From the NCBI GenBank assembly GCA_964634615.1, contig CAZWLQ010000005.1, positions 1-40,527 of the forward strand: DNA of 40,527 bases, given 5' to 3'. This document shows, one piece after another, positions 6,726-15,600 of the stretch. How positions within the stretch are numbered: the stretch's first letter is position 1; every line of letters starts with the position of its first letter. The notes under the pieces are model-generated. The model saw only the letters and a program-made list of their open reading frames with translations, searched no databases and was not told the origin of the DNA. Position numbers and translations under genes: made by a program. The stretch comes from an uncultured Candidatus Saccharibacteria bacterium. Its GTDB lineage: Bacteria > Patescibacteriota > Minisyncoccia > Phycocordibacterales > EsbW-18.

Positions 6726-6756
6726 ATTATATAGGCACTCGGTCTAAATCCCGCAA
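6726..6756 (-). promoter_or_regulatory. Sigma70-like promoter TTGCGG-17 nt-TATATAAT for the 4506-6467 gene
   Basis: Read on the minus strand. It lies ~250 nt upstream of the ATG at 6467. Confidence 0.55.
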
Positions 6757-6897
6757 ACAGTTGTGGATAAACATACCCAGAAACCGCCCCACAGGGTCTA
6801 TGGCCTACAACCGAAAGTGTACCATTTTTGGCACTTTTGAACAAGCAATGCTTCTTCTCTGTATATAGGAGGATAGAGCAGTTGCGTTACGCTCTCA

Positions 6898-7686
6898 CTA
6901 AACAAAATAGGTGGTCCAACGGCGCTCTCCTTTCTTTTTGAGACGGCCATTGGTAACCATATCTACGAGGTCGCGCTGAATCGTTTTTTCGCTGTACTCC
7001 GGAGCAACCGAGGCAATGTCCTTTATCGTCAGGGGACCCTTTTCCTCTATGATGCGGTGTATCTTTTCTTTTCTTTCTTTTCCGCCTCCGTTTTGCTCAT
7101 GTCGTTCCGGTTCAATGTCTTTTATAGGTCCTATTGTCCTTTTAAACTCCCCGAACGATGGTTGTATTTTTTGTCTTATAGAAACAATAGCGTGTCCTTT
7201 AGAATGTCCTTTATCCTTTTGTTTGCTTGAGGCACTCGCAGGGAGAAGTGTCGGAAGAGTCATTCCCTCAAGGGTGGCCGCTATAGGACTCTGTCCTTGT
7301 GGAACAGCAGCGAGGGTTTCAATATCACCCACAAAGGACTCGATTTCTGCTTTTAAAAAGAGGTGGTTCATCTCGGACACCAATCCTGACCGAGATGCGA
7401 GATCGGAAAGAGAAAGAGCATGTTCAAGAGATCCTCGTATTTCGAGAATACGTGAAGCGTTTGAAACCTTATTGTCTGATATAGCTCTCATATCAGACAC
7501 CAAAACAAGTGCCTTTTTTCGAAGCTCTTCCCGAAGTGGCTCTTTTTCAGAGAAAAGCCCGGTTATGAGATAAATGGCTGTAGCAATTTTTTGAGCTCTT
7601 CCGATAAAGAAAATAAAGGACATAGCGTTCTCTTTTGAAGGAGATGCACCTATATTTTTTGTCCTTGAGATTGATATATCAGACAT
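6898..7686 (-). CDS. Hypothetical protein with a C-terminal winged-helix (DeoR-like HTH) domain
   Basis: The C-terminus reads IHRIIEEKGPLTIKDIASVAPEYSEKTIQRDLVDMVTNGRLKKKGERRWTTYF. The N-terminal half is helical and of unknown family. The start is ambiguous (7692 GTG, 7686 ATG or 7623 ATG). Confidence 0.6.
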   Translation of the reverse strand: MSDISISRTKNIGASPSKENAMSFIFFIGRAQKIATAIYLITGLFSEKEPLREELRKKALVLVSDMRAISDNKVSNASRILEIRGSLEHALSLSDLASRSGLVSEMNHLFLKAEIESFVGDIETLAAVPQGQSPIAATLEGMTLPTLLPASASSKQKDKGHSKGHAIVSIRQKIQPSFGEFKRTIGPIKDIEPERHEQNGGGKERKEKIHRIIEEKGPLTIKDIASVAPEYSEKTIQRDLVDMVTNGRLKKKGERRWTTYFV

Positions 7687-7876
7687 ACCCACAAGATGCT
7701 AAAAGACAGTCAAAGACTACATCACCGATAAAGGACTTTCAAGCATTGTGTGACCACAAGGACACGCAAACACACTCATGAAAATAGTGTCACCGAAACG
7801 AGCGCTCAAACAAACGTGATGTGGTGTAATGCATGCTACAATTGCTCTATACCGTACGAAAATCATTACGCGCATC

Positions 7877-10093
7877 ATGGCAAAAAAACAGAAACGATCA
7901 AAGAAACGATACGACCAGAACGAAGAAGCGCCTGAAGGGGGTCGACTTGGCCTCTCGGAGCAGACTCTGTATGCGGTCCTCGGAGTCATCCTGCTTGTCG
8001 TTGCTATTTTCTTTTTGCTCGCGGCCTTTGAAAAAGCGGGGCTTGTGGGTCGCGTCATGTATCAGAATCTTTCCACCTTCCTCGGCATCGGATACTATCT
8101 CTTGCCAATTCTCTTCTTTCTTCTTTCGTCATCGTATTTTCGATCGGTGAAGACAAATCTTGCGCTCACCAACATTCTTGGTTCGCTCCTCTTCTGCCTC
8201 TCGGGGTTGGGTTTGATCGAAATATTCTTCGTTGGACACGCCGGTGTTCTTGGACACATTCTTGGTTCTCCGCTTGCGCGACTCTTTGATGTATCGGGTG
8301 CAGCGGTTATCCTCGCTGCTACCTTTGCAATCTCACTGCTGATTCTCTTCAATGCGCACCCTGTTCAAGAATTCCGTCTCTGGAAAGAGCGTCGTCGCGA
8401 GCGCATGCTTCTCGAAGAAGAGGCGCGTCTGGCACTCGGCGAAGAGATTCTCGACGATGAAGAAAACGAAATGATTGAAACTGCTCTTCCAAATGCGGCA
8501 GACGTTGGAGCGAACGAGACACCAACCGCAGAAACACCAAAAAAATCTATTTTCAAAAAAGCAGAGCCGGAGGGATTCTCACTCGCAAACTATTCTGGAA
8601 CGTACACTCCCCCGCCACTTTCTATCTTTGCAAAAGACTCTGGTAAGCCAGGTGTCGGTGACATCAAAGCGAATGCAAATATCATTAAGCGAACATTCCA
8701 AAACTTTGGCATTGATGTCGCAATGGATGAAATTTCGATTGGCCCATCGGTTACTCGCTATGCACTGAAGCCCGCCGAAGGTGTTCGCCTTTCAAAGATT
8801 CTCTCGTTGCAGAAGAACCTTGAGCTTGCACTTGCGGCGCATCCTGTTCGTATTGAAGCGCCAATCCCGGGAAAAGCACTCGTTGGTATCGAGGTGCCGA
8901 ACTCTGCAAAAACAACTGTTGGCTTTGGGACGCTTTTGACGACCGACGAATACGCAGCGATGCAGAAACCGCTCACCCTTGCACTTGGTCGTGACGTCGA
9001 AGGTATCGCATCGTTTGCTGACCTTGGTAAAATGCCACACATGCTGATTGCGGGCGCGACTGGCTCTGGTAAATCAGTGACTATTCACGCACTCATCAAT
9101 TCGATGCTCTTCAGGAACGGCCCGAACTCCCTCCGATTTGTGATGGTTGACCCGAAGCGTGTTGAATTGACCCTCTACAACGGTATTCCGCACCTCTTAA
9201 CACCGGTGATTACCGAGCCAAAGAAGGCAATTTTGGCGCTCAAATGGCTCGTGAATGAAATGGAAAGGCGTTATAACGTACTTGAACAAAGCCATGTTCG
9301 CGATATCAGCTCGTACCACGCGACGATCCTTGGCCCAGCCATCGACAAACGAAAAGACCCCGAAGAAGAGGTACCGGAGACAATGCCGTATATCGTGGTG
9401 GTGGTTGATGAACTTGCGGATATTATGTCGTCCTATCCTCGTGAACTTGAGGCGGGCATCGTGCGACTCGCGCAAATGTCTCGTGCGGTTGGTATTCACT
9501 TGATACTCTCGACGCAACGACCAAGCGTGAATGTCATCACCGGTTTGATTAAGGCGAACATCCCAGGCCGAATTGCCTTACAGGTGTCTTCTCAAATTGA
9601 CTCGCGCACAATTCTTGATGCATCAGGCGCTGAAAAACTCCTTGGTGCCGGTGATATGCTCTTCTCCTCGGGTGATATGGGCAAACCAAAACGTATCCAG
9701 TCTGCGTTCATCTCTGAAGACGAGGTAAAGAAGGTGACAGAATTTCTACGAAGCAATGCTGACGGTCTTGAGGCGCTCGATATGCCAATTGACCTTGAAA
9801 CTTCTTCCCATAGTTCATCGGGTGGCAGTGGTAGCATCTTCGGTGGCAGTGACGATGCGGATGACGACGACCTTTTTGAAGACGCGCGCGAGACCGTCAT
9901 TCACGCGGGCAAAGCGTCCACATCGTATCTCCAACGCAAGCTCCGCATCGGCTACGCGCGTGCCGCTCGGCTGATCGATCTTCTTGAAGAGCGCGGTGTC
10001 ATCGGACCTGGCGATGGGGCAAAACCGCGCGATGTGCTTGTCGCGCCACCGTCGGGAGTTGTGGTTGAAGACACTGACGACGGCATTGTCTAA
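7877..10093 (+). CDS. ftsK: DNA translocase FtsK/SpoIIIE
   Basis: N-terminal TM helices, Walker A GATGSGKS, a VVVDELADIM block and a C-terminal gamma wHTH (SYLQRKLRIGYARAARLIDLLEERGVIG). Confidence 0.9.
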   Translation: MAKKQKRSKKRYDQNEEAPEGGRLGLSEQTLYAVLGVILLVVAIFFLLAAFEKAGLVGRVMYQNLSTFLGIGYYLLPILFFLLSSSYFRSVKTNLALTNILGSLLFCLSGLGLIEIFFVGHAGVLGHILGSPLARLFDVSGAAVILAATFAISLLILFNAHPVQEFRLWKERRRERMLLEEEARLALGEEILDDEENEMIETALPNAADVGANETPTAETPKKSIFKKAEPEGFSLANYSGTYTPPPLSIFAKDSGKPGVGDIKANANIIKRTFQNFGIDVAMDEISIGPSVTRYALKPAEGVRLSKILSLQKNLELALAAHPVRIEAPIPGKALVGIEVPNSAKTTVGFGTLLTTDEYAAMQKPLTLALGRDVEGIASFADLGKMPHMLIAGATGSGKSVTIHALINSMLFRNGPNSLRFVMVDPKRVELTLYNGIPHLLTPVITEPKKAILALKWLVNEMERRYNVLEQSHVRDISSYHATILGPAIDKRKDPEEEVPETMPYIVVVVDELADIMSSYPRELEAGIVRLAQMSRAVGIHLILSTQRPSVNVITGLIKANIPGRIALQVSSQIDSRTILDASGAEKLLGAGDMLFSSGDMGKPKRIQSAFISEDEVKKVTEFLRSNADGLEALDMPIDLETSSHSSSGGSGSIFGGSDDADDDDLFEDARETVIHAGKASTSYLQRKLRIGYARAARLIDLLEERGVIGPGDGAKPRDVLVAPPSGVVVEDTDDGIV

Positions 10094-10100
10094 TTGAGTC

Positions 10101-10559
10101 ATGACAGGGTCGCACACCATCCGACGAATCCTTATAACTGTTGCGGTCGTACTTGTACTTGGCTACACAGCGTTTGAAGCGCGCGGGTTCGTGCGCGGCC
10201 CGGTGATAACCATTGAGAATCCCCTCCCCGGAGCAACTATCACTGAACCACTAATTCACATAACAGGCACTGCGAAGAATATCAGTGCAATTATGATGAA
10301 TGGTCGACCAATCTTTATATCCGAAGAGGGTCACATTGATGAGCCCGTAGCGCTCTCACCGGGCTATAACGAGGTCTATTTTGTTGGTACCGACCGGTTT
10401 GGCAAACAAAATACACTTATACTCCCTCTCTCCTATACTGCGTCAGATACCCCAGCAATGACGATTCCAAAGGCTACAAGTAGTGACGGAATCCTGCTTC
10501 CTATTGACTCTGCGGCAACCACAACCGAAGGACAGGAAACAGCGACGTCAAGTTCATAA
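10101..10559 (+). CDS. Hypothetical membrane-anchored protein, 152 aa
   Basis: One N-terminal TM (ILITVAVVLVLGY) followed by a beta-rich ectodomain. The gene is tightly spaced after ftsK. Confidence 0.55.
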   Translation: MTGSHTIRRILITVAVVLVLGYTAFEARGFVRGPVITIENPLPGATITEPLIHITGTAKNISAIMMNGRPIFISEEGHIDEPVALSPGYNEVYFVGTDRFGKQNTLILPLSYTASDTPAMTIPKATSSDGILLPIDSAATTTEGQETATSSS

Positions 10560-10616
10560 AAATTTTATCCGCACGGTATACTATTCGGTATATAGATAGC
10601 GCTAATTCTTTACGAT

Positions 10617-11678
10617 ATGGCATTCAAAAAAGGAGGAAAAAAGGGTGAAGAAAAAGAAATGAAGTCGGTTCCAGAGGCGCGCGATATGAGCGTCCGACAA
10701 TCCGCAGAAAGCATCAACGAAACACTCCGAGCGATTCAAACAAAATTCGGCGACGAGTCAATCATGAAGTTGGGCGATCGACCGAAAGTGAACGTCGCTG
10801 CGGTTTCAACAGGTTCGTTGTCACTCGATGCAGCACTCGGTATCGGCGGACTTCCTCGTGGTCGCGTTATTGAAATCTTTGGGCCAGAATCATCCGGAAA
10901 GACGACACTTGCGCTCCACGTCGTTGCTGAAGCACAAAAAGCGGGTGGTGTGTGTGCGTTCGTTGACGCGGAACACGCAATGGATCCTGACTACACCAAG
11001 AAACTCGGCGTGAACATCGATGAACTCCTCCTTTCACAACCAGACACCGGTGAACAGGCGCTCGAGATTGTTGAGTCACTGGTGCGCACCGGAAAGATTG
11101 ATGTTGTTGTTATCGACTCAGTCGCTGCGCTCGTTCCAAAAGATGAAATTGAAGGTGAGATGGGTCAGAGCCACGTTGGTAAGCAGGCGCGATTGATGAG
11201 TCAGGCATTGCGAAAGTTGACCGGTATCGTCGCTCGCAGCAAAACAATCGTTATCTTCATCAACCAGATTCGCATGAAGATCGGTGTGATGTTTGGAAAC
11301 CCAGAAACAACGCCGGGTGGAAACGCTTTGAAATTTTACTCGTCGGTTCGTCTCGATGTGCGTCGCATCGCACAAATTAAAAAGGGTGAAGAGGTTGTCG
11401 GTGGTCGCGTTCGTGTAAAAGTCGTGAAGAACAAGGTCGCTGCCCCGTTCCGTCAGGCAGAATTCGATTTGGTCTACAACGAAGGAATCTCACTTGAAGG
11501 AGAGATGCTTGCACTTGGTGAGAAATACGAATTGGTCCAGAAAAACGGCGCGTCCTACAAATATGGCGATGTCGCACTCGGACGTGGCTACGACGCTGCC
11601 CGAACGTTCCTCCGCGAAACAAAAGATGTGAAAAAGAAGCTCCTTGCAGAGATTAAAGAGAAGTTAAAAGAGGCCTAA
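10617..11678 (+). CDS. recA: Recombinase RecA
   Basis: Walker [10 protein letters not shown], plus the FVDAEHA and IDSVAAL motifs. Confidence 0.95.
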   Translation: MAFKKGGKKGEEKEMKSVPEARDMSVRQSAESINETLRAIQTKFGDESIMKLGDRPKVNVAAVSTGSLSLDAALGIGGLPRGRVIEIFGPESSGKTTLALHVVAEAQKAGGVCAFVDAEHAMDPDYTKKLGVNIDELLLSQPDTGEQALEIVESLVRTGKIDVVVIDSVAALVPKDEIEGEMGQSHVGKQARLMSQALRKLTGIVARSKTIVIFINQIRMKIGVMFGNPETTPGGNALKFYSSVRLDVRRIAQIKKGEEVVGGRVRVKVVKNKVAAPFRQAEFDLVYNEGISLEGEMLALGEKYELVQKNGASYKYGDVALGRGYDAARTFLRETKDVKKKLLAEIKEKLKEA

Positions 11679-11686
11679 ACGTGACA

Positions 11687-11714
11687 TTGTTTCTCAAAAT
11701 CAACCTGATATAGT
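11687..11714 (+). promoter_or_regulatory. Promoter TTGTTT-16 nt-TGaTATAGT (extended -10) for orphan gene 11757
   Basis: Read directly from the sequence. Confidence 0.45.
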
Positions 11715-11756
11715 TGCGATAGAAACAACCCTCGATTCCGATGCAAGGAGGCATCC

Positions 11757-12116
11757 ATGCAAGTTCAACGCACGACCCTGATGAATTGGGAGCTTTCCAC
11801 ACGGTATGGTGGGCAGCTTCTAGCTAAGACCCGCCGACGCTCCTTCACGACACTCGAAGAGGGTCGTGCTAAGGCTCTGCTCGAATTCCTGGAGCGCGTC
11901 AACAAGGCCCAGGGAGAGAGCATGGCAACAGACTTGCTTGATGGCGAGCTCGACCTTCTGAAGGAAGTCGTTCCTCCTGCACTGGAGGGCTTGCCTCAAG
12001 ACCTCTTACAGATGGTTCACGTGATGCGAGAGAGACTCGCGGGCAAGTCCGTGAAGACCGACTCCGTTGAAACCTTTCTGTCGAGACTCAACGCGCGCTT
12101 CAAGAGAGCAGTCTGA
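11757..12116 (+). CDS. Orphan hypothetical protein, 119 aa, helical, GC-richer than its neighbours
   Basis: Strong SD AAGGAGG 5 nt upstream of ATG. The SD sits in the loop of hairpin gaugc-AAGGAG-gcauc. The gene has its own terminator. Confidence 0.6.
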   Translation: MQVQRTTLMNWELSTRYGGQLLAKTRRRSFTTLEEGRAKALLEFLERVNKAQGESMATDLLDGELDLLKEVVPPALEGLPQDLLQMVHVMRERLAGKSVKTDSVETFLSRLNARFKRAV

Positions 12117-12142
12117 ATTGGTTGTCGTCTTGATCGTTAAGT

Positions 12143-12172
12143 CCCCCGCCCTCAAAAGCGGGGTTATCTTTA
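12143..12172 (+). terminator. Terminator of orphan gene 11757
   Basis: ccccgc-cctcaaaa-gcgggg followed by ttatcttt. Confidence 0.6.
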
Positions 12173-12188
12173 TGCAAAAAACTATCAG

Positions 12189-12217
12189 TTGCGACAGCTT
12201 GAACCCTTTGCTATGGT
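12189..12217 (+). promoter_or_regulatory. Putative efp promoter TTGCGA-17 nt-TATGGT
   Basis: Read directly from the sequence. Confidence 0.45.
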
Positions 12218-12229
12218 AGAGACACTTTG

Positions 12230-12252
12230 GAAGCCTTCGGGCTTTTTTGTTT
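12230..12252 (+). terminator. Terminator-like hairpin inside the efp leader
   Basis: GAAGCC-UUCG-GGCUUU followed by UUUGUUU. It sits between the putative promoter and the efp ATG at 12272. Confidence 0.5.
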
Positions 12253-12271
12253 GAAATCTAAACACGCAATC

Positions 12272-12832
12272 ATGCTCGACTACAACGAAATCCGCGTCGG
12301 AAAAGTTATCATCTTCAACGGCGAGCCGTATGAAGTGCTCGATTCGCACGTCTTCCGCAAGCAACAGCGTAAGCCGGTCAATGCGACCAAGCTGAAGAAT
12401 CTCATCACCGGCAAGGTGACTGAATACTCCTTCCACGTTTCTGAAAAGGCCTACGAGGCAGAGATTGAAGCGGTTCCTCTCATCTACATCTACAACACGA
12501 AGGGACAGTGGTGGTTCCACAAGGCCGGCAACCCCGGAGAGCGCCTTGAGCTTCCGGTCAGCCTCCTTGGCGACAAAGCAAAGTTCTTGAAAGAGAAGAT
12601 GGAGATTGATGGTCTCTACTTCGAAGAGCGCGCAATCGGAGTGCGCTTGCCTATCAAGGTGCAGTACAAAGTTGTTGAAGCACCACCAAACATCAAGGGC
12701 AACACCGCACAAGGCGGCGACAAGCTTGTGAAGATCGAGACCGGCGCGATGATCACAACACCGATGTTCGTGAACGAAGGCGACACGATTGAAATCAATA
12801 CCGAAACCGAAGAATACGTCGGTCGAGCATAA
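12272..12832 (+). CDS. efp: Elongation factor P
   Basis: MLDYNEIRVGKVIIFNGEPYEVLDSHVFRKQQRKPVNATKLKNLITG.. is a typical EF-P N-terminus. The 15-codon upstream extension in the ORF track is rejected. Confidence 0.92.
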   Translation: MLDYNEIRVGKVIIFNGEPYEVLDSHVFRKQQRKPVNATKLKNLITGKVTEYSFHVSEKAYEAEIEAVPLIYIYNTKGQWWFHKAGNPGERLELPVSLLGDKAKFLKEKMEIDGLYFEERAIGVRLPIKVQYKVVEAPPNIKGNTAQGGDKLVKIETGAMITTPMFVNEGDTIEINTETEEYVGRA

Positions 12833-12877
12833 AATACAGTCACCGGCCACGGGGGTATAGGGTTTAGAAAAAAGAAA

Positions 12878-12912
12878 ACATCCGATTCCATTTGTTTTGT
12901 GGAATCGGATGT
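12878..12912. terminator. 13-bp perfect hairpin between the convergent efp and rpsR genes
   Basis: acatccgattcca-tttgttttg-tggaatcggatgt, with an A-run upstream and a T-rich stretch downstream. Confidence 0.8.
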
Positions 12913-12936
12913 TTCTCTAGTGGCTAGAGCCACTTT

Positions 12937-13140
12937 TTATCGAATGATGAATGGCACGAGCCCCATGAAGCGGGCGTACTTAATCGCAGCCGCGAGTTCT
13001 CGCTGATGCTTTCCACACACGCCGGTGTAGCGACGCGTCTTCATACGGCCGTATGAGTTCATGAATTGCTTAATGAGCTCGACGTCCTTATAGTCGATGT
13101 GGTTTATTTGATTCTTGGTGAAAAAACAATGTTTCGTCAT
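12937..13140 (-). CDS. rpsR: 30S ribosomal protein S18
   Basis: 67 aa with ..IDYKDVELIKQFMNSYGRMKTRRYTGVCGKHQRELAAAIKYARFMGL. Confidence 0.95.
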   Translation of the reverse strand: MTKHCFFTKNQINHIDYKDVELIKQFMNSYGRMKTRRYTGVCGKHQRELAAAIKYARFMGLVPFIIR

Positions 13141-13167
13141 GGCTTTGAGATACTATCACAGCTTGAA

Positions 13168-13656
13168 TTAAAACGGAATATCCTCTGGGTTGATACCTTC
13201 TGACTCTGCGTCTGGGTACTGGATTGCTTCACCTCCTCCTGCTTGTTCCTGGCTCTCGCCTTTCGCCTCCATGCCTCCCTTTCGTTCGTAGGTTGCTCCT
13301 CCTGACGACGCTCCTGCAGCTCCGCCTGCACGTGGACCGAACTGTACGCGGTCTGCCACAATTTCGGTTCGGTACTTCTTAGTGCCGTCGTTCTTATCGT
13401 CCCAGCTACGGGTCACGATGCGTCCCTCAATCAATACCGATGCTCCCTTGCGAAGATATTGTGCAGATGTCTCTGCCTGACGACCGAAGACCACGATATT
13501 GTGGAATTCGCTTGATTCTTGTCGGTTACGATCCTTATCCATCCAAACGCGGTTGGTTGCAACGCTGAAGGTACACACCGCTGCGCCAGATGGAAGTGAA
13601 CGCAGTTCTGGATCGCGAGTGAGATTACCGAAGACGAATGCTTTGTTGAGATACAT
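13168..13656 (-). CDS. ssb: Single-stranded DNA-binding protein
   Basis: OB-fold N-terminus MYLNKAFVFGNLTRDPELR, a Gly-rich tail and an acidic tip ending DIPF. Confidence 0.93.
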   Translation of the reverse strand: MYLNKAFVFGNLTRDPELRSLPSGAAVCTFSVATNRVWMDKDRNRQESSEFHNIVVFGRQAETSAQYLRKGASVLIEGRIVTRSWDDKNDGTKKYRTEIVADRVQFGPRAGGAAGASSGGATYERKGGMEAKGESQEQAGGGEAIQYPDAESEGINPEDIPF

Positions 13657-13714
13657 GAGAGGTTTCGCTTAGGTGTATAACTAGGATACCAGTGCGATAT
13701 AAAGCGAAGATAAA

Positions 13715-14239
13715 TTACTCAACAACCAATTTTGCGATTTCTGCGTCCATTGCTTCAACGGTCATTGGTTCTGCAACTTTTTCTGGAGCGATGACGTCTG
13801 GAGCTGCAACATACGCAGGAGCGGTTGGGCGTTCTGGTTGTGCTGCCTGTGCTGGGTGCTTGCGAGGTTCTGCTGCTTCTTTGGTTGTTTTTACAACGAG
13901 TGAGCGGAGGATGCTGTTGTTGCTATCGCCCAAGAACGATTTGATGCTATGAGCAACCTCACCGTTTGATTCAAAGACGACCCAGCCGAAGTATGCTGAT
14001 GTGTAGGTGTGGCGCTTGCGGTCGATATCCTTTTGCATTGGATATGCGAGCTGCATGAGCTGAGGAGCTTCGCTGCCGAGAATCGTGCCGCCTTGTGCCT
14101 CGATTTTCCCGCGAACGTCGGAAGCTACAGATGCTGCCTCGGCCTCCTCAAGGGATGGGATAACGTGAAAAGCCGCCTCGTAAATGCGGGTATCTTCGTT
14201 TTTCTCCTCCATCTCTACCTTGGTAGTTTTTTCTGCCAT
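13715..14239 (-). CDS. rpsF: 30S ribosomal protein S6 with a long Pro/Ala-rich C-terminal extension
   Basis: RIYEAAFHVIPSL... is S6-like, and the rpsF-ssb-rpsR gene order is conserved. The ATG at 14239 is preferred to the GTG at 14248. Confidence 0.85.
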   Translation of the reverse strand: MAEKTTKVEMEEKNEDTRIYEAAFHVIPSLEEAEAASVASDVRGKIEAQGGTILGSEAPQLMQLAYPMQKDIDRKRHTYTSAYFGWVVFESNGEVAHSIKSFLGDSNNSILRSLVVKTTKEAAEPRKHPAQAAQPERPTAPAYVAAPDVIAPEKVAEPMTVEAMDAEIAKLVVE

Positions 14240-14317
14240 GGACACCACAGTAGCACATTAGAGCGCCCCACGCAATGGTTTTTGGTGAACCATCGGCTTT
14301 CATCCTACGGCTCCCTT

Positions 14318-15130
14318 TTATCCAAGACGCGGAAAGACGCGCTTGGCGGTTTGAAGCATTCGTTCCGCCAAATACTCCTCTTCAACACCTCGTATCTCTG
14401 CGATTCGCTTGATGATGTGCGTTACATAGGAAGGTTCATTTCGTTTTCCACGGTGTGGTGCCGGAGCAGCGAATGGCGCGTCGGTCTCTGCCATAATCAT
14501 ATCCTCCGGGACGAATGCAATCGTCTCGTCGTAGTCAGATACGAAGGTGATTGGTCCGTCAAATGAAAGCGTGAAGCCAAGGTCGAGAAATTTCTTGGCA
14601 GTCGGAATATCGCCAACAAAAAAGTGAATGTTGCCGCGAAGCGCATCGGATGCGGGATGCGAGGAGCGTGATGCGAGAAGAATTTCGATAATATCCTCGT
14701 ACGCATCCATCGTCCCCTTGCTTGGACGCCCATGAATCATCAGTGGTAAGTCATGCTTCATCGCAAAATCAATCTGCGCCACAAATAATTCTTTTTGCTT
14801 ATCTACGTTTACGGGCGGTCTGAAATAATCTAAGCCACACTCGCCCACTGCAACGACCTTCGGCGACAAGAGCGATTCGTAGTAGCTTTCATCAAAGGTC
14901 TCCCATACGCCTTCGGATTCTTCGATGTGTGTTGGGTGAATACCGATCGTCGCAAAAAGATTCTCGTGCTGGGCTGCAAGATCCACAACTTCTTTTGAAG
15001 TCTTTTTGTCGGTGCCCACAGAGATTGTCGCCATTCCCTCCTCTTTCATCTTCGCGATAATAGCGTCGCGATCTTCGTCAAACTGGGAGAAGTTGAGGTG
15101 GGAGTGAATATCAATGGATTTAAAGGTCAT
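14318..15130 (-). CDS. tatD: TatD-family metal-dependent hydrolase
   Basis: IDIHSHLNF at the N-terminus, GECGLDY, and HGR/ETDAPF blocks. Confidence 0.9.
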   Translation of the reverse strand: MTFKSIDIHSHLNFSQFDEDRDAIIAKMKEEGMATISVGTDKKTSKEVVDLAAQHENLFATIGIHPTHIEESEGVWETFDESYYESLLSPKVVAVGECGLDYFRPPVNVDKQKELFVAQIDFAMKHDLPLMIHGRPSKGTMDAYEDIIEILLASRSSHPASDALRGNIHFFVGDIPTAKKFLDLGFTLSFDGPITFVSDYDETIAFVPEDMIMAETDAPFAAPAPHRGKRNEPSYVTHIIKRIAEIRGVEEEYLAERMLQTAKRVFPRLG

Positions 15131-15153
15131 GAAGATTAGTGTATATCAAAATA

Positions 15154-15188
15154 GAAAAAGCCCCCACGGAGTTGTGGGGGCAGAAAAA
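15154..15188 (-). terminator. Terminator of orphan gene 15202-15489
   Basis: Minus strand reads gcccccac-aactcc-gtgggggc followed by tttttctatttt. Confidence 0.8.
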
Positions 15189-15201
15189 ACAACAGATTGG
15201 C

Positions 15202-15489
15202 TCACTCTGCGTAATCGGTTGAATTGAATGCGGCTGGTGCGTCGACCACGATAGTCGACGAACGATCAGCCAAGTCGTCATACACGGATACGCGCCAACC
15301 CAGAGCACGATATGTAGCGCTAACGTCCCACGAATTCACTGACGATCCTTGCCCGATCGTGAGTTGCGCGCTCATTTGTTCTCTGAGTTGATCATCGATG
15401 GACTCAAACGCCCTGCGGTTTTCATCTTGGCAACCACTACTGTGACTGCCATTCTTTGCAACCTGTGCATCCCTAAAACTCAGAGCCAT
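15202..15489 (-). CDS. Orphan hypothetical protein, 95 aa
   Basis: SD AGAGGAG 8 nt upstream of ATG, a consensus promoter ~75 nt upstream, and its own terminator. No family is recognisable. Confidence 0.55.
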   Translation of the reverse strand: MALSFRDAQVAKNGSHSSGCQDENRRAFESIDDQLREQMSAQLTIGQGSSVNSWDVSATYRALGWRVSVYDDLADRSSTIVVDAPAAFNSTDYAE

Positions 15490-15565
15490 GCCTGACTCTC
15501 CTCTAATGCTGGCATGTATTTAGCTGTAAAACGGCTATGGCGATCCGATAAGCCTTCTGAAAAGG

Positions 15566-15594
15566 ATTATAGTCCAGGCAAAATTGGTAATCAA
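15566..15594 (-). promoter_or_regulatory. Near-consensus promoter TTGATT-17 nt-TATAAT for orphan gene 15489
   Basis: Read on the minus strand, immediately after the metG stop codon. Confidence 0.65.
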
Positions 15595-15600
15595 ACATGA

